Assembly (NCBI RefSeq): GCF_023703465.1
Contig: NZ_JAMQGP010000008.1
Span: 27,527 to 51,526 of the forward strand
DNA length: 24,000 nucleotides
Direction: 5' to 3'
Source of the DNA: Echinimonas agarilytica
GTDB taxonomy: Bacteria; Pseudomonadota; Gammaproteobacteria; Enterobacterales; Neiellaceae
Under the pieces are notes generated by a model. That model was not told the DNA's origin and searched no databases. It saw only the letters and a list, made by a program, of their open reading frames with translations. Both the position numbers and the translations under genes were made by a program. Below are positions 8,630-16,001 of the stretch, piece after piece (within the stretch, counting starts at the first letter, position 1; every line of letters begins with the position of its first letter).

Positions 8630-9136
8630 CTACCCCACTCTCGATAATTTAAGCATTTTGTACAAATCAGACTTCACTGCTTTGCCTTGCGCCAAGGCTT
8701 CTTCCATGGACAGAGGAGCCGGATACATCAGCATCACTTGCCCCATGGGGTCCATTACAAAAATAGTGCCTTGCTGAGACCAACCTTCAGGTAAGTCCTC
8801 TAGCATTGCTTGCCAATAAATACCTTGAGCATCAACACTCGGGGCACTGGGACCCACTGCCACACCCACAACGCGAGATTGATATTGACCTAATGTTGTC
8901 TTTACCCGGGCCAGAAAGCTTTGCATAGCATCACAATGCGCGTCGCAAATCCCAAACACAGCCCATTTATGCTGCCACGCGCCTTGTTGCCAATTTTGTT
9001 GAAGCAGCGGCTTGTCTAAAAACACGCCACCGGATGTTGCTCCGCCCTCAAACCATTCAAACTTCAATACAATGAAGGCAAGTAAAACCGGTGCAACAAA
9101 TGCCAATAATATTCCATGACCCGCGTGTAATTTCAT
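8630..9136 (-). CDS. Hypothetical membrane-anchored protein with CxxxC motif (SCO/thioredoxin-like?), cox-cluster associated
   Basis: 168 aa with an N-terminal TM helix (ILLAFVAPVLLAFIVL). A CDAHC motif is encoded at 8933-8947 (checked). ATGA overlaps the surf1 stop, and its own stop is 3 nt from the ctaA start. I recognise no named family. Confidence 0.55.
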   Translation of the reverse strand: MKLHAGHGILLAFVAPVLLAFIVLKFEWFEGGATSGGVFLDKPLLQQNWQQGAWQHKWAVFGICDAHCDAMQSFLARVKTTLGQYQSRVVGVAVGPSAPSVDAQGIYWQAMLEDLPEGWSQQGTIFVMDPMGQVMLMYPAPLSMEEALAQGKAVKSDLYKMLKLSRVG

Positions 9137-9903
9137 GGCTCTCTCCTCCGGCTACGCATCACAACAACAACCAGCGCAACCGTTAATGCCAACGCCATTG
9201 CAAACCATTGGATAGCATAACCATAATGTTTTTCCGCTGACATAGTGACCCAGTTCCACTGACGAGGAAGGCCCCAATCCTGCTGTTCATCAAGCAACAA
9301 CACCCAAGGGAGCAGCTCGATATCAAGCTGATCAGAAATTGCTGCGAGGTCTTCAGTTTGAATTCGATATACCGACCCAAATTGCTCCATCAGATACGCC
9401 TGATCTAACACCACTAATTGGCTTGCCGGTTTGACCCATCCGGTTACATTGATACGTTTAGGCAACGGCGGAATTTCAGGTAATACATCTCGGCTTAAAT
9501 CGGCTGGAAGCCAACCTATGTTAATCAGAAAACTCTCTGAGGCTACGGTTGCGGGCACTAACAATTGATACCCAATCACGCCATTAAAACGCTGATTGTC
9601 CAACAACAATCGAACCCTTGGGTGAAGGTTTACAAGTTCCGACATGGGTAGGCCCGTTATTTTGTCGTAGGGCATTTTCTTAATATCTGTTAAAGAGAGT
9701 GGTGACTGATGCTGATGCGTTAAAAGTTGACGTTCCAAAGCTTCCTTATGTGCGCCACGCTCGCTTTGCCAAAGTCCAAGCTTGACGAGGCCAGCGATCA
9801 CAATCACTGTAAACACCATGAAACTAAGCAGTCGCCAACGCGACGACTGTTGACGCTTATTTTGGATATCTAACATCATGCTTTGGCTTATCAAACTTAT
9901 CAT
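9133..9903 (-). CDS. SURF1 family cytochrome oxidase assembly protein
   Basis: 256 aa with two terminal TM helices flanking a periplasmic domain (LGLWQ..R, GW...., HYGYAIQWF). It occupies the canonical position after coxC. The start is uncertain: ATG 9903, or ATG 9879/9876. Confidence 0.8.
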   Translation of the reverse strand: MISLISQSMMLDIQNKRQQSSRWRLLSFMVFTVIVIAGLVKLGLWQSERGAHKEALERQLLTHQHQSPLSLTDIKKMPYDKITGLPMSELVNLHPRVRLLLDNQRFNGVIGYQLLVPATVASESFLINIGWLPADLSRDVLPEIPPLPKRINVTGWVKPASQLVVLDQAYLMEQFGSVYRIQTEDLAAISDQLDIELLPWVLLLDEQQDWGLPRQWNWVTMSAEKHYGYAIQWFAMALALTVALVVVVMRSRRREP

Positions 9904-10090
9904 CGTCCTTTTGCTGCTGACGGTATTAGTGAACCTTGCGTTAGCGCTTAAAACAATGATTAAGCCTTCTCCTAATAAATCGATGTCTCAGTACATTGGG
10001 CGAAGGCTAATGTTCTCGGCGGCCATCGTTGTTGCCATCGTCGTGTTAGCAATATTTGGCGGTCTTGGTTTCAATCCTCGGCCTTACTGA
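9878..10090 (+). CDS. Small twin-transmembrane-helix protein (DUF2909-like)
   Basis: 70 aa with two hydrophobic helices (LIKLIIVLLLLTVLVNLALAL and LMFSAAIVVAIVVLAIFGGL) joined by a basic loop. It is on the opposite strand, wedged between coxC and surf1. I recall similar DUF2909 microgenes at this position in other gamma-proteobacterial cox clusters. Confidence 0.55.
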   Translation: MLWLIKLIIVLLLLTVLVNLALALKTMIKPSPNKSMSQYIGRRLMFSAAIVVAIVVLAIFGGLGFNPRPY

Positions 10091-10092
10091 CA

Positions 10093-10968
10093 CTAAATGA
10101 CATATACAAAAATAAACAAACAGAGCCACACCACATCTACAAAATGCCAGTACCAACTCCCTGCCATAAATGCAAAATGATTGTCTTGTGAAAAATGCCC
10201 CTTCAACACCCTAAAAAATAAAACAATTAATATGATGGTTCCCAGCGTCACATGCATGCCGTGAAACCCTGTCAGCAGGAAGAATGTATTCCCGTATATT
10301 CCCGCATCGAGTGTGAGCCCCATTTCTTGATATGCATGGATGTATTCTTCGACCTGCAAAAATAGGAAACACACCCCCAAGACGATGGTGAAGAACAACC
10401 ACGCATTGAGCGCCGAACGCTTTCCGGTCTCTAAACTGACATGTGCCATATGCAGCGTAATCGAGGAAATCAGAAGAATGATGGTGTTGTAAAGCGGCAG
10501 TCCCGTCCATCCCATAGCGGTTGTTTCAGTGCCGCTGGGAGTTTTGATAAGAGGCCAATGCGCTTCAAACTCTGGCCAAAGCACCGCATGTGTCATGGCA
10601 TTATTTGAGCCGCCTTCTAACCAAGGTAAAGCAATCATTCGGGCGTAAAATAGAGCCCCAAAAAAAGCAGCAAAGAACATCACTTCAGAAAAAATGAACC
10701 AACTCATGCCCTGCCGGAATGAACGATCCATTTGCTCGCTATACATGCCACTCATAGATTCATTAATGACATTTCCAAACCAACCAAAGAGCATGAAAAT
10801 AAGCAGAGTCGCGCCCCCCAGTAAAATCCACTGACCGTAACCACCCCCTTCATCCATTTGCTGTACCGTTGTGCCAGCCCCCACTGCAATCATGAATAAA
10901 GCAACGGCACCTATAATCGGCCAAACGCTTTGTGCGGGAACATAGTAACGTTGATATTCTTGACTCAT
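10093..10968 (-). CDS. coxC: Cytochrome c oxidase subunit III
   Basis: 291 aa with 7 TM segments. Typical subunit III blocks are present (SWFIFSEVMFFAAFF, FFLLTGFHGMHVTLG, WYWHFVDVVWL). ATGA overlaps the ctaG stop. Confidence 0.95.
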   Translation of the reverse strand: MSQEYQRYYVPAQSVWPIIGAVALFMIAVGAGTTVQQMDEGGGYGQWILLGGATLLIFMLFGWFGNVINESMSGMYSEQMDRSFRQGMSWFIFSEVMFFAAFFGALFYARMIALPWLEGGSNNAMTHAVLWPEFEAHWPLIKTPSGTETTAMGWTGLPLYNTIILLISSITLHMAHVSLETGKRSALNAWLFFTIVLGVCFLFLQVEEYIHAYQEMGLTLDAGIYGNTFFLLTGFHGMHVTLGTIILIVLFFRVLKGHFSQDNHFAFMAGSWYWHFVDVVWLCLFIFVYVI

Positions 10969-11549
10969 TCCGTGGTCCTCTTTGTCTCAACAACCGCTGC
11001 AGTGCTTTCCTGCAAACGGTCGCTGATGTCATATAACGTGTATGCCAACGTTAATGTGCCAATGTCGTCAGGCAAGGTTTCATCAACGTAAAACTGCATC
11101 GGCATGACTTTTCGCTCACCCGGCGCCAGTGGCTGCTGGTTAAAGCAGAAGCATTCGAGTTTATGTAAATATTTAGCGCCCAACCCCGGCGATACCGACG
11201 GAATAGCTTGCGCAACGACCGGTACATCCTTGGGATTTTCGACAACAAAATCGACACGCGTTAACTTGCCAGGTGTAACCGTCACTGAACGTGTTAGCGC
11301 TAAAAACGGCCAGCTCAATCCGCTTGATGTTCGTGTTAAAAACTGAACCCGTATTTCCCGCGTGCTTTGGCTTTCTTGTATGGGCAAACTCGCAGCTGTG
11401 GTGTTGGTTTTTCCGTTAATGCCAGTGACATCACACAACACGTCATATAGCGGCACCAACGCAAAACCAAATGCAAACATTCCAATCACCACCCCAAGCA
11501 AACGCTTTACCAGCGACGCGTGTGACTGACCATTCGAATGCTCTGTCAT
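10965..11549 (-). CDS. ctaG: Cytochrome c oxidase assembly protein CtaG/Cox11
   Basis: 194 aa with an N-terminal TM helix plus a Cox11 domain with the CFCF copper motif (KLECFCFNQQ). The start ATG shares one base with the coxA TAA. Confidence 0.9.
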   Translation of the reverse strand: MTEHSNGQSHASLVKRLLGVVIGMFAFGFALVPLYDVLCDVTGINGKTNTTAASLPIQESQSTREIRVQFLTRTSSGLSWPFLALTRSVTVTPGKLTRVDFVVENPKDVPVVAQAIPSVSPGLGAKYLHKLECFCFNQQPLAPGERKVMPMQFYVDETLPDDIGTLTLAYTLYDISDRLQESTAAVVETKRTTE

Positions 11550-13153
11550 TATTTAATCTCTGGCGGCGTTTCAAAGGTGTGATATGGCGCAGGAGAAGGC
11601 ACGTCCCATTCAAGTCCTTCTGCTCCTTCCCACGTTTTCGCAGGTGATTTTTCGCCCCCTTTTGCCGCTTTGATAATGACCGCTAAAAAGATGAATTGAG
11701 ATACTCCAAATGCGAATCCACCAATCGAAACAATCTGATTCACATCCGCAAACTGTAAGGCGTAGTCAGGGATACGTCTTGGCATACCAGCAAGCCCCAG
11801 AAAATGCATCGGAAAAAACAGCACATTGACTGAAATTAATGAACACCAGAAGTGCGCCTGAGCCAACCCTTCGTGATACATATGTCCAGTCCATTTGGGC
11901 AACCAATAGTACGCCGCAGCAAAGATAGAAAAGATTGCACCTGTCACCAGTACATAGTGGAAGTGAGCGACCACGAAATAGGTATCGTGATATTGGAAGT
12001 CAACCGGCGTGATGGCCAACATTAAGCCACTAAAACCACCAATGGTGAATAACACAACAAAGGCCAATGCAAACAGCATGGGCACTTCAAACGTCATTGA
12101 ACCCCGCCACATGGTTGCCACCCAGTTGAAAACCTTCACACCGGTTGGAACCGCAATGAGCATGGTGCAGTACATAAAGAAGAGCTCGCCAAATAAGGGC
12201 ATTCCAGTGGTAAACATATGGTGTGCCCACACAATGAAACTCAACCCTGCAATTGAAGCGGTGGCATACACCATTGATGCATAACCAAACAGGGGTTTGC
12301 GGGCAAAAGCGGGAATGATTGCAGAGACAATGCCAAATGAGGGCAAAATCATAATGTAAACTTCTGGGTGCCCAAAGAACCAAAAGATATGCTGGAACAT
12401 AACAGGATCGCCTCCGCCAGCAGCATCAAAGAAACTGGTGCCAAAATATTTATCGGTGAGCACCATGGTGACGACCCCAGCCAACACCGGCATCACCGCA
12501 ATCAGCAAAAATGCGGTGATGAGCCACGTCCAAACAAACAAGGGTAACTTCATCCAATTCATGCCTGGAGCGCGAAGGTTCACAATGGTCACTATGACGT
12601 TGATGGCCCCCATGATCGATGAGATACCCATGATGTGAACAGCGAATACGAATAACGCGGTGCTGTCAGGCGAGTAGGTTGTCGATAAAGGCGCGTAAAA
12701 AGTCCAACCAAAGTTTGGCCCACCGCCTTCCATGAACAACGAAGCCACAAGCATGGTGAATGCAAACGGTAGTATCCAAAAGCTCCAGTTATTCATTCTC
12801 GGTAGCGCCATATCAGGTGCTCCGATCATCATTGGAATCATCCAATTGGCCAATCCGGTAAATGCTGGCATTACCGCACCAAACACCATAATGAGGCCGT
12901 GAACAGTGGTCATTTGGTTGAAGAAATTGGGTTCTACGAGTTGTAGGCCGGGCTGAAATAGCTCAGCGCGAATGATCATGGCCATCGCGCCGCCAAGTAA
13001 AAACATGGCAAAGGCAAACAACAAATATAGAGTGCCAATATCTTTGTGATTAGTGGTCAATACCCACCGCATAATGCCTTTGGGTGCACCGTGGTGCTCA
13101 TGCTCACCAGCGTGCTGGTCATCGGTCGTGTTTGATTCGGTCAGTGTCGTCAC
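11549..13153 (-). CDS. coxA: Cytochrome c oxidase subunit I (heme-copper oxidase catalytic subunit)
   Basis: 534 aa. It contains NHKDIGTLYL, WFFGHPEVYI, HHMF and VAHFHYV. GTG start at 13153 is preceded by GGAG with a 6-nt spacer. Confidence 0.97.
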   Translation of the reverse strand: MTTLTESNTTDDQHAGEHEHHGAPKGIMRWVLTTNHKDIGTLYLLFAFAMFLLGGAMAMIIRAELFQPGLQLVEPNFFNQMTTVHGLIMVFGAVMPAFTGLANWMIPMMIGAPDMALPRMNNWSFWILPFAFTMLVASLFMEGGGPNFGWTFYAPLSTTYSPDSTALFVFAVHIMGISSIMGAINVIVTIVNLRAPGMNWMKLPLFVWTWLITAFLLIAVMPVLAGVVTMVLTDKYFGTSFFDAAGGGDPVMFQHIFWFFGHPEVYIMILPSFGIVSAIIPAFARKPLFGYASMVYATASIAGLSFIVWAHHMFTTGMPLFGELFFMYCTMLIAVPTGVKVFNWVATMWRGSMTFEVPMLFALAFVVLFTIGGFSGLMLAITPVDFQYHDTYFVVAHFHYVLVTGAIFSIFAAAYYWLPKWTGHMYHEGLAQAHFWCSLISVNVLFFPMHFLGLAGMPRRIPDYALQFADVNQIVSIGGFAFGVSQFIFLAVIIKAAKGGEKSPAKTWEGAEGLEWDVPSPAPYHTFETPPEIK

Positions 13154-13164
13154 GATTAACTCCC

Positions 13165-14304
13165 TTAATTTGACGCGTTTCGGCGAGATTGAATGTCAGA
13201 CGCTTGAATGAGTTCACCGGTGTCGTTACCCCAAGCGTTACGTTCGTATGTCACCACGGCGGCCAACTCTTTAAGTGCAAGCTGTTTACCAAACGGAGGC
13301 ATGGCAGTGCCAGCCTTACCATGGAGCACAATATCGATATGAGCGACCTTATCTTCAAGCACCATTGGACTTCCTCTCAACGCCGGAAACATTCCCGGCA
13401 GCCCTTGCCCATTTGGTTGATGACATGCTGCACATGACGCTAGGTAGACTTGCTCACCCAACTCCATCAGCTCTTGCTCGCTCATTTGTAGCGCTAGCAA
13501 ACGTTGCTCTTCTTCGGCAACCGCGGCTTGTTCAGCTTTTTGCTCAGCCATCCACTGGTCGTAATCCGCTTGCTCTTTTGCAATCACAACGATGGGCATA
13601 AACCCGTGGTCTTTGCCGCATAGCTCGGCACATTGACCTCGGTAAATACCGGGCTTGGGTACATTAGTCCAAGCCTCATTAATAAAGCCGGGGTTAGCGT
13701 CTTTTTTAACTGCAAATTCAGGGACCCACCAAGAATGAATCACATCATCTGAGGTCATTAAAAAACGCACTTTTTTGTTGATGGGAATAACGAGGGGCCG
13801 ATCGACTTCAAGTAAGTAATTCTCACTTTTTTCGAGTTTATTATCGATCTGTTGGCGAGGTGTCGCCAGTACACTGAAGTATTCTAGGTCATCCTCAAAA
13901 TAACGGTAATGCCACTTCCACTGGCTTCCTGTAACTTGAATGGTGACATCGGCATCATCAGTATTTTCCATTGCAATGAGCGTGCTCGTCGCTGGGATGG
14001 CCATACCCACGAGGATCACAAGCGGAATTGCTGTCCACAATATTTCTATTTTGGTGCTTTCATGGAAATTGGCGGCAACAGCGCCTCTAGATTTACGATG
14101 TTTAATGATGGCGTAAAACATTGCGCCAAACACAATGAAGCCAATCACACAACAAATGTAAAAAATGGTCATATGTAGGTCATACACACGGCCGCTTACT
14201 TCGGTAACGCCTTTGGTCAGGTTTAACGGCATATCTTCTGCCATAACTTTACTTTGAATCAGTAAGGCTACAACCGCAGACAGTCCTTTTCGTACAACGC
14301 TCAC
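13165..14304 (-). CDS. coxB: Cytochrome c oxidase subunit II with C-terminal cytochrome c domain (caa3-like)
   Basis: The CuA motif is HSWWVPEF...CAELCGKDHGFM. The C-terminal heme c site CAACH is encoded at 13420-13434 (checked). I prefer GTG 14304, preceded by GGAGGA (14316-14311) with a 6-nt spacer, over the upstream GTG 14325 of the ORF track. Confidence 0.93.
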   Translation of the reverse strand: MSVVRKGLSAVVALLIQSKVMAEDMPLNLTKGVTEVSGRVYDLHMTIFYICCVIGFIVFGAMFYAIIKHRKSRGAVAANFHESTKIEILWTAIPLVILVGMAIPATSTLIAMENTDDADVTIQVTGSQWKWHYRYFEDDLEYFSVLATPRQQIDNKLEKSENYLLEVDRPLVIPINKKVRFLMTSDDVIHSWWVPEFAVKKDANPGFINEAWTNVPKPGIYRGQCAELCGKDHGFMPIVVIAKEQADYDQWMAEQKAEQAAVAEEEQRLLALQMSEQELMELGEQVYLASCAACHQPNGQGLPGMFPALRGSPMVLEDKVAHIDIVLHGKAGTAMPPFGKQLALKELAAVVTYERNAWGNDTGELIQASDIQSRRNASN

Positions 14305-14543
14305 GTTAATTCCTCCATCCAGCACGTGATAAACGAGCGGTATCAGATAACGTAGACAGCATTATGCCGAAGACATAAAAACGTTATTGGTTACATTTAA
14401 AGAATTAAGTAAATCTTAGGTTTAGTCTAGAGATCTCTCTAGCAGAACCGTATTTCAAACTTAAGATTCAATTAGATAGAGCAGAAGCTCTATTGCTGGA
14501 ATTTAGCTAACTAGCTGTTTTTGAATTGGTTGTTTTTTATTCG

Positions 14544-14565
14544 ATTGTTAAATATTTTTAACAAT
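14544..14565. promoter_or_regulatory. Perfect inverted repeat ATTGTTAAA-N4-TTTAACAAT in the coxB upstream region (candidate operator)
   Basis: Read directly: 9-bp arms at 14544-14552 and 14557-14565, with the 4-nt spacer TATT. It lies about 240 bp upstream of the coxB start in an AT-rich gap. The regulator is unknown. Confidence 0.35.
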
Positions 14566-14600
14566 GGATAAAAACTAATTGTTAGAAAGGTGATCTACTT

Positions 14601-14629
14601 CTCTTGCTCGACTTCTTTCTGAGCAAGAG
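14601..14629 (-). terminator. Hairpin 11 nt downstream of the sulA stop (possible lexA-sulA terminator, no U-tract)
   Basis: CTCTTGCTC (14601-14609) pairs with GAGCAAGAG (14621-14629), giving a 9-bp stem and an 11-nt loop. No T/U run follows on either strand. Confidence 0.3.
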
Positions 14630-14640
14630 TAAACGCAGAT

Positions 14641-15246
14641 TTAATGCAGATTATCGTTACTTGCGTCTAACTGATTGTTTTCCAAACATGGAAGCACTAT
14701 TTTTTGGGCATCAGAACTATGCTGATGAGCAATGATTTTTAACTGAGAGCCGCAGCTTGCAGTGGTATCTTCCATAGGAAATACAAAACTCAATGCGTTT
14801 TTTCCTTTAGAAGCAAGCTTTAGCCGCTTGATATCCCGCTCATCTAAAGAATCAGGCCATGCCAATATACATGCTGCATTGTCATTTCGCATCGCTTGTT
14901 CAGTGGCCCAAAGCGTATCTGATTCGCGGCGGCCATGAACAATCAGTAAATGCTCAGGTCGCAAGCCCTTCATCTCTGAGATTTCATCTAAAACCCATTT
15001 AGGCGGATTGAGTAACACCAACCACCGGCGTTGCTGACTTAACGCTTTGAGAGTCAGTTTTAGCAGTGAGAATACGGCACTGTGTTGGCCTGCCAACACT
15101 TCATAAATATGACCACTTTGCCACCCACCATTAGGTAGCTCGCTATCAATAAATGCATGACCAGATGTCACTGTTTTAACAGTATTAAGTCCATTTGGGT
15201 GCCAAACACCCGGGTGTTTAATCTTTGTCTGCAGTAAATGTTTCAT
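14641..15246 (-). CDS. sulA: SOS cell-division inhibitor SulA
   Basis: The sequence aligns by eye with E. coli SulA ([17 protein letters not shown] vs LQQLGQQSRWQLWLTPQ; [33 protein letters not shown] vs [34 protein letters not shown]). ATG 15246 overlaps the lexA TGA (ATGA), indicating a lexA-sulA operon. Confidence 0.8.
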   Translation of the reverse strand: MKHLLQTKIKHPGVWHPNGLNTVKTVTSGHAFIDSELPNGGWQSGHIYEVLAGQHSAVFSLLKLTLKALSQQRRWLVLLNPPKWVLDEISEMKGLRPEHLLIVHGRRESDTLWATEQAMRNDNAACILAWPDSLDERDIKRLKLASKGKNALSFVFPMEDTTASCGSQLKIIAHQHSSDAQKIVLPCLENNQLDASNDNLH

Positions 15247-15863
15247 AACCAATTCCCATTACGAATCACACCAACGGCCAACCCTTCAATATTAAAAGGT
15301 TGCGTTCTCAAATCGACTTCGATTGGTGCAAAGTCTTCGTTTTCTGCCAGCAAGGTCACGTGATGCCCTTTTTGTTGTAAACGCTTTACCGTGACATCGT
15401 CTTCAACTCTGGCAACTACTACTTGCCCATTTCGTGCGACTTGAGTGCGATGTACGGCCAACAAATCACCATCAAGAATGCCAATGTCTTTCATGCTATC
15501 GCCGTGAACACGTAACAAAAAATCAGCCTTGGGACTAAACATCGATGGGTCTACTGCGTAATGTGACTCAACATGCTCTTGAGCTAAGATTGGCTCCCCT
15601 GCTGCAACTTGACCAATAAGCGGCAAGCCAGACTCATCATTCGATGCTTCTTCGCCGAGAATTCGAATCCCTCGCGAGGTACCTGCAAGTATTTCAATAA
15701 CGCCTTTTCGTGCCAGGGCTTTTAGATGCTCTTCAGCAGCATTCGCGCTACGAAAGCCCAACTGGCGAGCAATTTCAGCTCGTGTTGGAGGCATGCCTGT
15801 CGCATCAATTGTGTCTTTAATCAGTTGAAAAATTTCAGCTTGTCTTGGGGTTAAAGGTCGCAT
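15243..15863 (-). CDS. lexA: LexA repressor
   Basis: Starting from ATG 15863: [17 protein letters not shown]..., the Ala-Gly cleavage site (QVAAGEP), and catalytic Ser (HGDSM) and Lys (VKRL). 206 aa. The 25-codon upstream extension in the ORF track runs across the SOS boxes. Confidence 0.97.
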   Translation of the reverse strand: MRPLTPRQAEIFQLIKDTIDATGMPPTRAEIARQLGFRSANAAEEHLKALARKGVIEILAGTSRGIRILGEEASNDESGLPLIGQVAAGEPILAQEHVESHYAVDPSMFSPKADFLLRVHGDSMKDIGILDGDLLAVHRTQVARNGQVVVARVEDDVTVKRLQQKGHHVTLLAENEDFAPIEVDLRTQPFNIEGLAVGVIRNGNWL

Positions 15864-15871
15864 CTTTATGC

Positions 15872-15887
15872 CTGTTGTTTTATACAG
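15872..15887. promoter_or_regulatory. LexA (SOS) box, proximal
   Basis: CTGTTGTTTTATACAG matches CTGT-N8-ACAG. It ends 8 nt upstream of the lexA ATG. Confidence 0.85.
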
Positions 15888-15892
15888 TACCA

Positions 15893-15908
15893 CTGTACAG
15901 TAATACAG
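15893..15908. promoter_or_regulatory. LexA (SOS) box, distal
   Basis: CTGTACAGTAATACAG matches CTGT-N8-ACAG. It is 5 bp from the proximal box, giving the tandem arrangement seen at E. coli lexA. Confidence 0.85.
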
Positions 15909-15959
15909 TATTGCCATGATCGCAACACAAAATAACAACAGAATATTGTTTTCAAGCTT

Positions 15960-15968
15960 TGTTATAAT
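15960..15968 (+). promoter_or_regulatory. Extended -10 promoter element (TGnTATAAT) for plsB
   Basis: TGTTATAAT is read at 15960-15968, ending 33 nt upstream of the plsB ATG at 16002. No good -35 hexamer is present, which is consistent with an extended -10 promoter. Confidence 0.5.
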
Positions 15969-16001
15969 TGCGGTTCTTGTACCTACTTTGCAGCTTCAAA
16001 A

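Noticed and set aside
14305-14325. The upstream GTG (14325) as the coxB start.
   Set aside because: The strong GGAGGA Shine-Dalgarno lies between the two GTGs and is correctly spaced only for GTG 14304. I keep this as an ambiguity only.
11549-14325. Multiple 60-108 aa ORFs antisense to or out of frame with coxA and coxB (for example 12009-12284, 12087-12383, 12438-12638, 13189-13437, 13275-13601 and 13909-14178).
   Set aside because: They lie wholly within highly conserved oxidase genes. They have no ribosome-binding sites or recognisable motifs. They are typical shadow ORFs.
14503-14523. AGCT-AACT-AGCT followed by GTTTTTG as an sRNA or intrinsic terminator on the plus strand.
   Set aside because: The stem is only 4-5 bp and too weak, and no upstream promoter or conserved structure is evident.
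14544-14565. Assigning the coxB-upstream palindrome to CRP, FNR or ArcA.
   Set aside because: The TGTTA/TAACA half-sites are 8 bp apart, whereas CRP needs 6. The inner arms do not match TTGAT-N4-ATCAA (FNR). The TGTTA repeats are not at the 11-bp ArcA phasing.
14305-14640. The AT-rich gap as a remnant mobile element, MITE or horizontally acquired island boundary.
   Set aside because: I could find no terminal inverted repeats, flanking direct repeats, integrase or transposase fragments, or a nearby tRNA. The location is the expected promoter region of coxB.
15864-15938. A 25-codon N-terminal extension of the LexA ORF (the 231-aa version in the ORF track).
   Set aside because: The extension is hydrophobic nonsense ([17 protein letters not shown]...). 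It is translated straight across the two SOS boxes. The canonical LexA N-terminus MRPLTPRQ starts at ATG 15863.
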